A stretch of 64,000 bases of DNA from Histomonas meleagridis 2922-C6/04-290x (GCA_020184695.1 JAANOX010000277.1:62001-126000); one strand, 5' to 3'; positions 42,071 to 54,559 are shown, counted from the first letter of the stretch. Numbers and translations are program-made. The notes: generated by a model not told the origin, from the letters alone.

Positions 42071-45000
42071 ATGAATCCAGAAGAAGATTTTGGTACATGG
42101 TCTGCAATATTTATTTCGTCTCTTGAGATTGGTGGTGAATATTCTAAACTCTTACCTGCTTGCAGACGTCTCATGGTTGATGTACTTGAAAATTCCCATT
42201 TAAAAGGAGATTTGGAACAAGAAACGGATAACTTTGTAACTAACACAATACCTTTTACTATTCAAAAATTTCTTGGGTTTGGTTACGTGTACCCAGATAA
42301 TTTAAAAGAAATTCTTAATTTTTTATTAATTGCTTCCAAATTCATACCATGGGCAAACCTAAATGAAAACTATCAACTATCCAATGCATATCTTATAATT
42401 TTCAACAAAGAGGCCACATTTTATCAAAAAAATTCGACATATCCAAGTAATGTGTATTACAAATTAGTTAGAAAAATCGTCGAAAGTGATACCTTTGGTC
42501 CAGTTGTTGAACGTTGCCAAGACGAGGAAAAACGCAAACTTGAAAATTTTGAATTACTATTTTCGATTTATGCCACCATCAAAGAAAACCTCACCTTTTC
42601 AGAGTCCGTCGACATGAGTCAGGTCAGTGAAGTTGCTCCACGATTTCTATCATATTTACGAAATGTCGGAGATAAAGTTCGAGAATTTGATATCACCATT
42701 TTGACCAAAACATTCAATGCTTTTATGAGTTTAATCGTAGCGTCACCTACTAAAGTTGAATCCTCGTTACTTTCTGAGTTAATGTCATATTCGGAATTTC
42801 TATTAACGACATCAGTTTTAAATCTTCAGTTAATTGGTGGCCAAATCCTATCCAAAATCTATGATAAAAAGTTTTATTTTGGCACTGCATTTAATAAATG
42901 GGCCAAAGAAACTAAAGTTGCCGAAAAAATTGTTGAACAATATTTACATCCGAAACTTTTAGAATATTTAAAGCCATTTCTTCATAAGATATTACGACCA
43001 GAACATTTAGAATTATTTTGGGATCGAGCACAAACAGCGCATTCATCTGAAAAGAATTCTTTATTAAGTATTGTAGCAAAAATGTTAGGGAAATCTGATA
43101 AGAAAACGACGTTAGCTTTTATAAATAGAGTCACAAGTAATGAAGTTATAGCGCCAGAAATGTTAATGTTCATTGCGAATATTATCGAATCAATTGCTAA
43201 GAAAGAATTCCAACCAGATTTATCATTTGAAATCTCGAAATGTTTAATAGAAGTTGGTAAAACACAACAAAACAATGAAGGATTAATGCCTGCGATTATA
43301 GCTACTGCAAAAATCACACAAAGTGGATTAAACAAAAAGATCATTGATTATTGTGCGCAGAAATTTGATGATGAAGAAAATCAAGCATATTATTGTGATA
43401 TCATATATTGTATGATTAAGGATTCATATTTTGAAAACGGATCGAATTTAATTGAAATATTAATTGAGAAAATGCCGAAGAATGGAAACACAAATAATTT
43501 AAATAATTTTTATCGACTTTTATCATTAATATATGAAAAGAAATATGATCCAATATCAACTTCAATATTTTTAAAGTTAGCAACATCCGGTGTTAATGAT
43601 TATTTATGGAATTTCTTAAAGATAAGGTTAGAAGAAAAAGGAATTAAAGCATTTGATAAAGAAACAGATGAAGAAATATTTAAAGTAGCCTCGAAAATCG
43701 ATTTTGAAAAAGCAACAAGTACATTTATTGAATTTTTAAAGATTTTTATATTAGTTTCTAATTATCGAGAAGAAAAAGTTGAAAATATTTATAAATATTA
43801 TAATACTGCTTATGTATATTCGACATTACCAAAAGAATTTGTTATTGTTTCATTACCATTAAATTATTCTAATTTATTATTCCAAGTATTATCATATGTT
43901 AAATCACCATTAATAGCATCAGAAGCTGAAGAAGTTATATTATTTTTATTTTCGAAATTAAATGAAAACTTAACAACTAAACGAAATGATATTTTAATAA
44001 ATTATTTCCATGTTACATTAAATATTAATAATTTAGCAATATTACGTTCATTACGTTTATTACAAATGATGATTGATAAAGAATCGCAGTTTGTTGATTT
44101 AGAAGATTTAGGTTATGAAGCACATAAATCAAAGAATTCAGACAATGATTTATATGTACAAGTAAAAATTATATATAAACAAAATGAATATATGATGAAA
44201 GCTAATTTAGGATTAACATCCACTGAATTTAAAAAGAAAGTTGGGATGAAACTTGATATAGATCCTGAATCAATATATCTTTATCATGATAATCATTATA
44301 TATTACAATATAAAACTCAACATTTAAGTGATTATGTTGAAAAACTTAATGAAGTATTTGAAATTAAAGTTTCCACAATGGTTACATACGAAACTAAAGA
44401 ATCAAAGAAAAACAAAAGCGAATATTTAATTGTTCGATTAATTAATACTGATTTCTCAACGATATTATTAAAATTACTTGAAGAAAACAATGATTATTAT
44501 TTTTGTAATCAAATGTATCAATTATTAAATCGATTACCGAATAATAATGAAGTTAAGTTATCATTAACGAATCCAGAAACAATAACAAATAATTTTAAAG
44601 AAACAAAATCATCATTTGTCTTTGTATATAAATTACAAATATTAATATCTGATAATATTACAATACCTAATGAAATGTATGAATTATTAATGCAATATTT
44701 ATTATCTAAGAATCCACCATTTAAAGGTATTACACGAATATTAAATTTAATTATGCGTAATATTAATAATATAATATTAAATGATTATATTAATGAATTA
44801 ATACCATATTTATTAAATCTATTATTAAATAAATTAATACGTAAATCGACAATTAAATCATCTTGTGAATTATTAAATTATATTGTACAAATTGATCCAG
44901 AAACAGTTACAAATATTACACAAAAACATATGGATTTAATTGAAAGAATTATGGAATTAATTGATAATAAAGATAATGAATATATTTCATTTTCTTATTT

Positions 45001-48000
45001 CATCTTAAACTTACAAAACAAAAAAGAAATATTTGAAATATGTTTGAAACATATTAAATCTAATGAAATAGTTAATAATTTCTTTGTAGAAATATTTACA
45101 AATATAATATCAGATGTAAAAGATTTATATAATGTAGAAGAATTAGTTGAAAATTGTTTTTCTTTATTATTCTCTTCAACTAATGAAACATTATCCGGTT
45201 TATGTCAAGTAATAGTATCATTACTTCAAACTAAAACAGAAGTATGTCAACAATTTTCTCATTATACAATTGAATTATTAAAATTAGTCTTTAAAAATGA
45301 AGACCCTAAAATCCAAACAAATTTATTTGATTTAATATATTGTTTAACATTTGGTGATTTAAATCCCGAAAACTTAAATTATTTACGAGAAATTATGAAC
45401 TTTCATACTGATCGATGGAATTATAAACCAATTAACTTCGAGAAGAATAAGAAATTAGGTTATTTAGGTTTAAGGAATTTAGGTTCTACATGTTATATGA
45501 ATTCTGTATTTCAACAACTTTATCATACATTACCATTTCGATTTTTAGTAATTACATTTAAACCTGAAGATGAATCTCAACAACATTTACAACGAATATT
45601 TGCGAATTTATATTTAAGTCAACGTAAATATGTCGATACTGCAGGTTTTTGTTCATGTTGGAAAGGTTGGGGTAAAGTTATAGTTAATACACATGAACAA
45701 CATGATGCAACTGAATTCTTACAATATTTATTAGATCAATTACCAAAGGATTTATATTTCATGTTCCAAGGTGAAATTAAACATACATTTGAAGCTATTA
45801 ATGATCCTTATAAATCATCGAATATTGAACCATTTTATACATTATGTTTAGAAATTAAGAATCGTAAAAATGTATATGAATCATTTAATTCATATATTGA
45901 AAGTGAACAAATATCTGATTTTAATGCTATAGATCATAAAGTTACTGTTAATAGTTATATTAAAATCTCTAAAGCGCCAGAAGTATTAATATTACAATTA
46001 AAACGATTTGAATATAACCTTGAAACATTTCAACGTTATAAAGTTAATGATCGATTTGAATTCCCTTATGATTTAGATATTAGTGATTATATGTGTGAAG
46101 ATACAGATAATGCTAAATATAAATTAACCGGTGTAATATTACATGTAGGTACAGCTAATGGAGGACATTATTATAGTATAATAAAGATTAAAGGTAAATG
46201 GATAACATTTAATGATACTGAAGTTTCCGAAATATCACAAAGTAAATTTGAAGAAGAAGCGTTTGGTAAAGAAGAGAAATATTCATCTGTCTCGAATGCT
46301 TATGATGAATATTCTAATACTAATCCATCAGCAGTTTTATTATTTTATACAAAAATTAATTCTAATATTAATGTAACTGTTGAAGAGAAAGAAGTTAAAT
46401 TAGATTTTAATCAAGAAATTAATAATTTTATTGATTATTTCCCTAAAGAATTAATTAAAGAAATAGAAATAGATAATGAAGAATTCATTAAAATGCAATC
46501 AATATTCTCAGAATCAATGTTTGAATTCATGTTAAATATTAATGATGTTGAAACTATCATTAAATATTTCATTAATATCTTTTGTCATTCAGGTTTATCA
46601 TCGAAACATAATCGTATTCATAATAAATTATGGGATTTAATGAATAGTTCAAAACAAATGATTGACTTCTCAATGAATTATATCATAGAAAATCATCAAA
46701 GTATTGAAGAAATATTAATAAATTCAAGTTCTACTGAAATCACTGAAACATTAAAATGGTATTTATGGAATATCTTAAGGAAATCGAATGCAACAGAATC
46801 ATTTAAATTTGTAAATGAATTCATTAAAATGTTAAATCCAGAACTTATGAAGACTTGGCGACAAATACCAAACTTTGCATCAATTATACAATTATATTTA
46901 TTAAGTGGAGAAGAAAGAGTTATATTAGCGATTAAGAATAATTGGGTTAATATATTAATCGAATTTATAGTAATGGTATATTCTACACAACGTTCAAACT
47001 TAATATTACAAAACATTAATTTATCAAGTATATTTGATTCTTTATGTATTTTTATTCCACATGTTAAAGATTCTAATTTTAGTACTATAGTAAATTATAG
47101 TTCATTTATCATTCAATCACATGTCCAAACTCAATCATATTTAATATTTGCAAAGAAATTATATATGTCGAAGATCATTAACTTAGCAACATTTATTCAT
47201 ACTGCTTCAATACAAACTAAGAGTGAAATTGATACTATATTTACTGTAGCTATACAATCATTAATCCAAAATAATGATGAAAATGAAATGAATGAAGTAT
47301 TAACTACATTACAAAACTCAACAAATTCATTATTATCATTAAGTACATTTGTAGAAAAACTTAATTCATTAGTTGCTATTGATAATGATAAATCATTAAT
47401 TAATTATATATTAAATCAACCAGAATTAATATTAAAGTTATTAACTAATAAAGATAAAGATATACGAATTACATCGGAATATATAATATATGATATCTTT
47501 CATACAATACAAATGCCTAATGATGTACCAGCACGAGTTAAATCATTTAATATTAAACATGAAATTCAACAAGAAATTAATGAAGAAGATCGAAATAATT
47601 TATTAAATTTATATGAAAACATTAATAATTTCTTATTAGAAAATGTTATTGAAGATTGTACAAGTTATGTAACTAATCCTAATCTTAAAAAAGGATTTTT
47701 ATTATTAAATTTATTTAGAATTTATAAATGGATTTTAGTTCGAATTGATTTATTAGAACAAGATAACTTCCCAATGATTACTTTATTATATAATACATTT
47801 AAAGAAATGCAATTAAAATTCGATTATCATTTAATAGAATGTATTAAAATATTTTCATTATTCCCTTCTGAATTAATGAGCAATTTATTTAATGATATGT
47901 TTAATGATGTCTTTATAAATATTCAAAAATTAACTAATTCACAAATCTTTGAAGCATTAAATTCATTTTTACCTTATTTAGAGAAGACAAATCTTGAAGA

Positions 48001-49147
48001 TATCCAATTCATTATTAATAATAATGAAATATTCCCAAAGATTTTTAATACATTAATGAAAATTAAAGACAAAAAATATTCTGTGATATTTGACAAGTTT
48101 ATGACGATCTTAACCAAATATCTTAATGAAGATCAAACCATTTATAATATTATTAAATCATTATTTAATGAAAAAATGATCGATTTATTTGGTTATTGTG
48201 GTGATACATATTATAAATTATTTGGATTATTATATGATCATTTAGATAATGAATTTAAGTTATATATTAATGAACTTTGTATTAAAACAATTTCAAACAT
48301 AATAATTGAAAATGAAAGTGAAATTATTGAAACTTGTTTAAAGTTTATCTTAAAGTTATTAAATGATACTTCATTAAATTCAATTCAATCATTCGAAAAA
48401 ATTAATATATCCAAATTTATTGATGAGATTTGTCATATCTATGATTATAGTAATTTGTTTTTAATTGTTGATATATTATGTGAACACTTTGACAAAAATT
48501 TCCGTAAGCAATTATCCGAAAATATTACTGAAAAATGTAAATATTATTCATATTATTCAAATAGTAGAACCCCAACAATGTTAAACCTTTTGAATTTCAG
48601 AGTTGAAAAGTTTATTAAAAACCCGATTAAACGTGCGCACAAGTTTGCTTATCTGTTATTAAATTCAGATAGTAACGTTGAAACTGTTCCAGTCTTTGTT
48701 TACATGTGTGAATTAATCGAAAAGAATCATAATGAAGCGGAATGGTTAATTGATGTTATACCAGAGATATATAAACAAGTTCTGATGAGTCATAAAGAAG
48801 TAGTTAAATACTTTAAGTTAACATCTGCATACGCAAGCTTTGATAAGGTCTTAAATATATTTATTACAATTAGTAAATTCATTAATGAAATTGCTCCAAC
48901 TACAGATTATACAAACTTAAAATGTTATTATATGCAAATTGGTATAATGGCAAAGTTACACCAAGATAAATATGAAGAATTTGCTTTGTACTTACCAGAG
49001 CTTGTAAGACCTTTGCCTCAAGAATATGGTAAATACTTACAGAGAATTGAACGAACTAAATCAGAAATAATGGAAGAACAAAGGAGAATTAGTATGAATA
49101 GGGTCTTTATTGGTGAATTTGATGATGATGATGATGATGATGATTAA
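42071..49147 (+). CDS. Ubiquitin C-terminal hydrolase, USP9X/24/34-like (peptidase C19)
   Basis: Seen: Cys box GLRNLGSTCYMNSVFQQL, QHDATEF, LQLKRFEY, His box HVGTANGGHYYS, FNDTEV; (GAT)9 poly-Asp tail. Confidence 0.95.
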   Translation: MNPEEDFGTWSAIFISSLEIGGEYSKLLPACRRLMVDVLENSHLKGDLEQETDNFVTNTIPFTIQKFLGFGYVYPDNLKEILNFLLIASKFIPWANLNENYQLSNAYLIIFNKEATFYQKNSTYPSNVYYKLVRKIVESDTFGPVVERCQDEEKRKLENFELLFSIYATIKENLTFSESVDMSQVSEVAPRFLSYLRNVGDKVREFDITILTKTFNAFMSLIVASPTKVESSLLSELMSYSEFLLTTSVLNLQLIGGQILSKIYDKKFYFGTAFNKWAKETKVAEKIVEQYLHPKLLEYLKPFLHKILRPEHLELFWDRAQTAHSSEKNSLLSIVAKMLGKSDKKTTLAFINRVTSNEVIAPEMLMFIANIIESIAKKEFQPDLSFEISKCLIEVGKTQQNNEGLMPAIIATAKITQSGLNKKIIDYCAQKFDDEENQAYYCDIIYCMIKDSYFENGSNLIEILIEKMPKNGNTNNLNNFYRLLSLIYEKKYDPISTSIFLKLATSGVNDYLWNFLKIRLEEKGIKAFDKETDEEIFKVASKIDFEKATSTFIEFLKIFILVSNYREEKVENIYKYYNTAYVYSTLPKEFVIVSLPLNYSNLLFQVLSYVKSPLIASEAEEVILFLFSKLNENLTTKRNDILINYFHVTLNINNLAILRSLRLLQMMIDKESQFVDLEDLGYEAHKSKNSDNDLYVQVKIIYKQNEYMMKANLGLTSTEFKKKVGMKLDIDPESIYLYHDNHYILQYKTQHLSDYVEKLNEVFEIKVSTMVTYETKESKKNKSEYLIVRLINTDFSTILLKLLEENNDYYFCNQMYQLLNRLPNNNEVKLSLTNPETITNNFKETKSSFVFVYKLQILISDNITIPNEMYELLMQYLLSKNPPFKGITRILNLIMRNINNIILNDYINELIPYLLNLLLNKLIRKSTIKSSCELLNYIVQIDPETVTNITQKHMDLIERIMELIDNKDNEYISFSYFILNLQNKKEIFEICLKHIKSNEIVNNFFVEIFTNIISDVKDLYNVEELVENCFSLLFSSTNETLSGLCQVIVSLLQTKTEVCQQFSHYTIELLKLVFKNEDPKIQTNLFDLIYCLTFGDLNPENLNYLREIMNFHTDRWNYKPINFEKNKKLGYLGLRNLGSTCYMNSVFQQLYHTLPFRFLVITFKPEDESQQHLQRIFANLYLSQRKYVDTAGFCSCWKGWGKVIVNTHEQHDATEFLQYLLDQLPKDLYFMFQGEIKHTFEAINDPYKSSNIEPFYTLCLEIKNRKNVYESFNSYIESEQISDFNAIDHKVTVNSYIKISKAPEVLILQLKRFEYNLETFQRYKVNDRFEFPYDLDISDYMCEDTDNAKYKLTGVILHVGTANGGHYYSIIKIKGKWITFNDTEVSEISQSKFEEEAFGKEEKYSSVSNAYDEYSNTNPSAVLLFYTKINSNINVTVEEKEVKLDFNQEINNFIDYFPKELIKEIEIDNEEFIKMQSIFSESMFEFMLNINDVETIIKYFINIFCHSGLSSKHNRIHNKLWDLMNSSKQMIDFSMNYIIENHQSIEEILINSSSTEITETLKWYLWNILRKSNATESFKFVNEFIKMLNPELMKTWRQIPNFASIIQLYLLSGEERVILAIKNNWVNILIEFIVMVYSTQRSNLILQNINLSSIFDSLCIFIPHVKDSNFSTIVNYSSFIIQSHVQTQSYLIFAKKLYMSKIINLATFIHTASIQTKSEIDTIFTVAIQSLIQNNDENEMNEVLTTLQNSTNSLLSLSTFVEKLNSLVAIDNDKSLINYILNQPELILKLLTNKDKDIRITSEYIIYDIFHTIQMPNDVPARVKSFNIKHEIQQEINEEDRNNLLNLYENINNFLLENVIEDCTSYVTNPNLKKGFLLLNLFRIYKWILVRIDLLEQDNFPMITLLYNTFKEMQLKFDYHLIECIKIFSLFPSELMSNLFNDMFNDVFINIQKLTNSQIFEALNSFLPYLEKTNLEDIQFIINNNEIFPKIFNTLMKIKDKKYSVIFDKFMTILTKYLNEDQTIYNIIKSLFNEKMIDLFGYCGDTYYKLFGLLYDHLDNEFKLYINELCIKTISNIIIENESEIIETCLKFILKLLNDTSLNSIQSFEKINISKFIDEICHIYDYSNLFLIVDILCEHFDKNFRKQLSENITEKCKYYSYYSNSRTPTMLNLLNFRVEKFIKNPIKRAHKFAYLLLNSDSNVETVPVFVYMCELIEKNHNEAEWLIDVIPEIYKQVLMSHKEVVKYFKLTSAYASFDKVLNIFITISKFINEIAPTTDYTNLKCYYMQIGIMAKLHQDKYEEFALYLPELVRPLPQEYGKYLQRIERTKSEIMEEQRRISMNRVFIGEFDDDDDDDD

Positions 49148-49258
49148 ATGAATTCTTTTATAAAAGAAAAAATTGGCTTCGATTTTTTTGTTTGGTTTAC
49201 TTGTGTAAAGACTTCAAAATGTGGTGGTTTGGCCCCTCCTTTCGAGAAAGAAAAGAAA

Positions 49259-49858
49259 ATGGGAATAACGCGTATGGGAGACCTGAAGCGGGCGAAATCT
49301 GGCGCTCGATCAGTCGCGTGGCGTAATAAGCGTAACCATGCTGTCGGTCGTCCGGCAGCAAATACACGTATTGGTGAAAAGAGAATTCATCTAGTAAGGA
49401 CACGTGGCGGTAACTATAAGCGTAGAGCACTCCGTCTTGACCATGGAACTTTCTCTTGGGCTTCAGAAAACGTTTCTAGAAAAACGCGTATCCTTTCAAC
49501 AGTTTATCACCCATCAGATAACGAATTCGTACGTACAAATACGCTTACAAAGGGCTCAATCGTTTCAATCGATTCTGCTCCTTTCAAACAATGGTATGAA
49601 CGTCATTACGGTAAAGGTCTTGGGAGATCTCAATACGAAAAGCCTGCAAATGTAAGCGAAAGAGTGAAACAAAGATGGGAAAAACTAGCTAACGAAGCTC
49701 CACTTGCTAATAACTTAGTTTCACAATTCGACCAAGGTCGTGTTCTTGCTGCTATCGCATCTCGACCAGGTCAATGCGGTCGCGCTGATGGATATATCCT
49801 CGAAGGCGAAGAACTTGACTTCTACATGGCTCGCGTTTCAAAGAAGGGTAAGAAATAA
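49259..49858 (+). CDS. RPS8: 40S ribosomal protein S8 (eS8)
   Basis: Seen: MGITR, RTRGGNYKRRALRLD, NEFVRTNTLTKG, SRPGQCGRADGYILEG; CCTTT upstream of the ATG. Confidence 0.97.
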   Translation: MGITRMGDLKRAKSGARSVAWRNKRNHAVGRPAANTRIGEKRIHLVRTRGGNYKRRALRLDHGTFSWASENVSRKTRILSTVYHPSDNEFVRTNTLTKGSIVSIDSAPFKQWYERHYGKGLGRSQYEKPANVSERVKQRWEKLANEAPLANNLVSQFDQGRVLAAIASRPGQCGRADGYILEGEELDFYMARVSKKGKK

Positions 49859-50040
49859 ATACATTTAATTTCTTGTTTTAAAACTTTCATAAGTTATGTT
49901 TTGTTTTGCAACAAATTTAAAAGCTTCAAATTAAATTATCTGATTAAATGGGATCGTAGTAAATGTTTATAATGCAGAAAATCAAAAAATAAAACAAAAA
50001 TTTTGGATAATTATTCTTTATTAAAATCATGTGATTTTAA

Positions 50041-51387
50041 TTACTTATCACTGATTTCCTCGGGGTTTAAATCGTTATCTTGGTTTACAATTGCATCTTC
50101 TTGGAACTGTACATATTCTTCTGCTGACAAATTTTCCGATGGTTGATGGAAATATATTGTAAAAGCCATACAAGTCAAATGTACGAACTCAAAGGTCAAA
50201 ATTCTTTTATTTGATGCGATGAAGTCGGTATTAAATAAACAATATGTATTTGAGAACAATGTTGAAATATCTGTAATAATGAGCATAACCAAACAAAATA
50301 TGACTTGGCGTGGCCGCTTTGAGTAGTTATTTATGAGTAAAATAATCAGATAAATTACCGTTAAAACAACATAAACGGCATCAAAAAGTGAATTCACTTT
50401 TTCACTGTAAAACGGTTCGAGAAATGGCGTTGGTGAAAAGTTACTGTTGAAGCGCTCATGTAAGGCTAGTGCCATGATGAAAAAGTTAGAGCCAAAGGCA
50501 ATGATAAATAATACTATGAATATCATGTTGACGGAATTATTATGACGTATACGTTCGATGATGGCAAATATTGAGAACCGGAAGAAGGAAATAGCAAGTG
50601 CAATACAAATTGGTGCTAACATGAGATAAAATTTGGAATCATTAAGGAATATTGAAATTGGATTTGAAGCAGAAATACCAAGAATGGCAAGGACAATACA
50701 CATAAAGCGAATAAACTTGCTTTCGCTCTTGAAAGAACTCATTGTGAAGACAATAAGCATATATACAAAAAGGATTGAATTCAAAAATCCTAAGGAATCA
50801 ACAAACCTTTGGGAGTTTGGATTATAATATGTTGTAGTAAATTTGATAGAGTTGATCTTTTTATAGTTTGCTTTGATAGATATTTTGAGAAGTGCTGAAT
50901 CAAAATCATCAATAGGAGTAGAAAGAATTGACACCATTTCACTACTTTCTTGGTTGGCTTCAAACATAACATTTTTGGTTTGACCATTTAAACTAGCATT
51001 TTTAACCATAGCTTGTTTTTTATAAAAAATTATTTGATGATTAATTGTAATATCCATGCCTTCTTGAATTGATGCTTCATTACGTATTAAAGTAAGATCA
51101 ACATCAATAAAAGAATGCCTTGTTGATAAACTTGAAAATGATACTTCAAAATCAATTGGTGAAATTTCATTGTAATCGACTGTAGAATAAATGTTTTGTC
51201 TTAAGCTAATGTTAGAAGGTGCTATCAACCCAGAATAAATCTGCATCAAAACAAAACATATAAATACAATATATGTAGACTTAAGAGACTTTGTTGGCGC
51301 ATTTTCAAGAAGGGTAGATGAAGTCAAATCATTATCTTGAATTTCGACGCTCTGTAGATCTTGTGTTGATTGGGGCCCAATCGACAT
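50041..51387 (-). CDS. Multi-pass membrane protein, TMEM181/Wntless-like topology
   Basis: Seen: one N-terminal TM, a large lumenal domain and about 7 C-terminal hydrophobic segments. The family assignment is inferred. Confidence 0.6.
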   Translation of the reverse strand: MSIGPQSTQDLQSVEIQDNDLTSSTLLENAPTKSLKSTYIVFICFVLMQIYSGLIAPSNISLRQNIYSTVDYNEISPIDFEVSFSSLSTRHSFIDVDLTLIRNEASIQEGMDITINHQIIFYKKQAMVKNASLNGQTKNVMFEANQESSEMVSILSTPIDDFDSALLKISIKANYKKINSIKFTTTYYNPNSQRFVDSLGFLNSILFVYMLIVFTMSSFKSESKFIRFMCIVLAILGISASNPISIFLNDSKFYLMLAPICIALAISFFRFSIFAIIERIRHNNSVNMIFIVLFIIAFGSNFFIMALALHERFNSNFSPTPFLEPFYSEKVNSLFDAVYVVLTVIYLIILLINNYSKRPRQVIFCLVMLIITDISTLFSNTYCLFNTDFIASNKRILTFEFVHLTCMAFTIYFHQPSENLSAEEYVQFQEDAIVNQDNDLNPEEISDK

Positions 51388-51580
51388 ATTGAATGTAATG
51401 TATTCAAAAAGTTGACTTCGGCTCAAACATTTTCCGCCAATGGCATTCTGAAGTTTGGCCACTTCTGTAACGAATTCGTTGAAGCTTCACTTGAAGTGCG
51501 TAACATTTTTTTAGGCATTCGGTAACTATTAAGTCCCAAAATATATTCAGCAGAAGAATATTTTTCATTATTTTTTTATT

Positions 51581-53701
51581 TTAATTTGAAATACGAAGTA
51601 ACCTCTTAATCTTAATGACCAATTGCCAATCATTCTTAGTCAGTTCATCTCTAAAGTGTTCCTTCAAAATGTCAATTAACTCACGATTTAATCTGCTAAC
51701 AATTTCATCTCCTGGCTTAAAATCTTTTCCTGCAACTAATGAACCATCTGCTTGTGATCTAATTGATATTGATACTTCTGCTCCTGTTTGTGCCACATTT
51801 GTATCAACGTTATCTTTCTTAATTGTATCTACTGTTCCAAGGTAAATCGGTTTTTTATCGACAATAACCGAAATTGGGGTACCCTTAATCAGTTTGCCGG
51901 CGGTTACTCTGACGCCCATAATGATCGGTTTGGAGCGGTTAAATATCATATCAGGTAAAACTTCTAATGAAACAGGAAAAACAGCCTTTTGACGTGCGTT
52001 TTCTCTCTTTTCTCGAGCTAAGTTATCTAAATATTCCTCGTACATATCTGTTAAATGATAAATAATCTTTGCGGGGAATATTTTCACCTTAACTTCATCA
52101 GCAAATTGTTGTGCTTCTGGTGTAATTGAAACATCGAATGCTAAAATGACAGCATAGTTTGGATTCTTTTCAACCATTGATGATATTTGGATGACATCTT
52201 TCCGATGAACAGGTCCAATGCCAACATGTGAAACTTTGACATTTTTGTCTTTCAAATATGACAAAAGTGCTTCAAGTGATCCGAGTGTTGATGCTTGCAC
52301 AAGTACGCCTTCTCCTGTTTTGTCGACTTGATTAAACACTGATTGGACATCCATGTTAACTTTCTCCATCAAATCATCAATCTCATCTTGGCTACCAGTC
52401 TTGGAAACAAATAGCTCGGAGCCTGCAATAGCTCCTTCGAGTCCTGGAGCGGCGATCTTACAGCCCATAGCTGCGTAGATGACATCGTGATGTAACCATT
52501 CACCTTTAACTCGAAGTTCTTTTAATGGTTGTGGGGTTAATAATGCACGAATATGAGTTACAATTGGACCGTCAATGCCTGCGATAACAATCGTGTCATC
52601 AACATGTAATTCACCATTAACTAATATGACATCTAATGTGGTTCCAATTCCTTCTTCGACTTTGACTTCTAAGACAGTGCATTGAAGTTGGTCACTTGTG
52701 GTAAGCTTTCGTGTCATTTTGTTTTGGGTGAGTAATTGAACAAGCATCAAAAGATCTGGAATACCTTCGCCTGTAATGGCTGAAGTGGGTACAATTGGAT
52801 ATGATGTGATTTTATCTTTGACGCCAAAGCGCATTCGGAAATATGGCTCTGCATTTAGACCTTGTTCTTGGAATTCAACTTGAACTTTCTCAATACGTTT
52901 CTTAAAGATATCTTTGCAATGTTGGGATTGACGTTTGAAGGTTTCTGGGAATGGTTGGTTTGGATGTGGACGCCAATCTGAGATTCTATCGATCTTATTA
53001 AGTGCAATAATAAAGGCACTGCGCTTCTCTTTGAGAAGATTGATGGATTCGATGGTTTGGGGTTCAATTCCATGCATTATATCGACAACAAGAATGGCAA
53101 TATCACATAATGATGAACCACGTGAACGAAGATTGGTAAAGGATTCGTGTCCAGGGGTATCGATGATAAGAAGACCAGGTAATTTGTATTCAAGTTGGTT
53201 CTTGTTATGGAAATATTCGGTCATCTTTTGAAGAGTAGTGGATGGGAAGTAAGTAGCGCCAATTTGTTGAGTGATACCACCTTCTTCACGATCTTGGACG
53301 TTTGTTTTACGGATTTTATCAAGAAGTTTTGTTTTACCTGTATCAACATGTCCCATAATAACACAAATTGGTGAACGAAGTTTGGGATCAACATTACTTG
53401 GTTGTTCTGGCGGTTCTTCTTTTTTCTTATTTGCATCTTTTTGTGCATTTTGTTTTCCTTTTGATTTAGGTTCTTCTTTCTTTTGAGGTTTTGGCTCTTC
53501 TTTCTTTCGAGGTTTTGGTTCTTCCTTCTTTTCGGGTTTTGGTTGTTCCACTTTTGGCTTTTCTGGTTCTATTTCTGCTGGTTTTTCATCAACAGCATCT
53601 TCCCAAGACTCAGCTGGAGCTTCATCATCAGCACCCCATAGGGTTTCTTCATTTGTTTCGCCATTGTCATCTGATGAAAAATCTATATCGTCTATGTTCA
53701 T
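51581..53701 (-). CDS. EIF5B: Translation initiation factor eIF5B
   Basis: Seen: LRSPICVIMGHVDTGKTKLLD, GGITQQIGAT, DTPGHESFTNLRSRG, STLGSLEAL, LKEHFRDEL. Confidence 0.97.
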   Translation of the reverse strand: MNIDDIDFSSDDNGETNEETLWGADDEAPAESWEDAVDEKPAEIEPEKPKVEQPKPEKKEEPKPRKKEEPKPQKKEEPKSKGKQNAQKDANKKKEEPPEQPSNVDPKLRSPICVIMGHVDTGKTKLLDKIRKTNVQDREEGGITQQIGATYFPSTTLQKMTEYFHNKNQLEYKLPGLLIIDTPGHESFTNLRSRGSSLCDIAILVVDIMHGIEPQTIESINLLKEKRSAFIIALNKIDRISDWRPHPNQPFPETFKRQSQHCKDIFKKRIEKVQVEFQEQGLNAEPYFRMRFGVKDKITSYPIVPTSAITGEGIPDLLMLVQLLTQNKMTRKLTTSDQLQCTVLEVKVEEGIGTTLDVILVNGELHVDDTIVIAGIDGPIVTHIRALLTPQPLKELRVKGEWLHHDVIYAAMGCKIAAPGLEGAIAGSELFVSKTGSQDEIDDLMEKVNMDVQSVFNQVDKTGEGVLVQASTLGSLEALLSYLKDKNVKVSHVGIGPVHRKDVIQISSMVEKNPNYAVILAFDVSITPEAQQFADEVKVKIFPAKIIYHLTDMYEEYLDNLAREKRENARQKAVFPVSLEVLPDMIFNRSKPIIMGVRVTAGKLIKGTPISVIVDKKPIYLGTVDTIKKDNVDTNVAQTGAEVSISIRSQADGSLVAGKDFKPGDEIVSRLNRELIDILKEHFRDELTKNDWQLVIKIKRLLRISN

Positions 53702-54559
53702 TACGATTTATCTTACCGGCCAAGAGAAATGTGAAAAACTGTTTTAAGTAAAGCGTTCAATTTTTATCTGAATGATCGACCAAAGGTCAACGATAGAAAC
53801 AAGGCAAAAATTAGTGAAATTTTCCAATACCAACAGACCAAGTTAAAATTGTCTTCGAGAGTGATCAAAGAAAAGTTCGGAAAAACTGTTTGTATCGTAC
53901 CATCGGGATAATTTCTTCTGCTGAATTTCGAGAAAAATTATTTCTTATTCAAACAAAATTTTTTATCAATGGAGATTCTATTGATACAATGCATTAAACT
54001 CGGCTTGCGATTTTTACCCATCTTATATAGCGATCATCCTACGATCTTGATATCATAAATATATAATATATATACATGGTTGCATCTATGATTAATATAA
54101 ATCTAAGAATTATATTATGATTAGCACGAGATAAATTTATTCTTTCATTCCAAAAAGTGACAAAAATCGACTTTTGCATGATTTATATCAAACAATATCA
54201 ACAACGATAAATGACGATAGGAGCGAATTTGAATGATGGTAAATATTATCAAAATTTTACCCTTTATTCGATCAGATACGTTGTTTGTTTGTTTCTATCA
54301 TTTTAATTTGTAAACAGCCAAATTAAAAGATTCTTGGTTTGTTAAAAAATGAAAATATTGATATTTTATCATAGAATCGTGATTTGTTATTTATTCCAAA
54401 TAATTATATGAAATCTTGATTTTCTTGAATTTATGAATTTATTGAAAAAATGAATGATGTGATAATTTTTGTAACACCTTAATGATGTACTTATTTAACC
54501 TGATTAATAATTTATTATGTCATTTTGTTATTGTACAATTATTTAAACCCAATAATGAT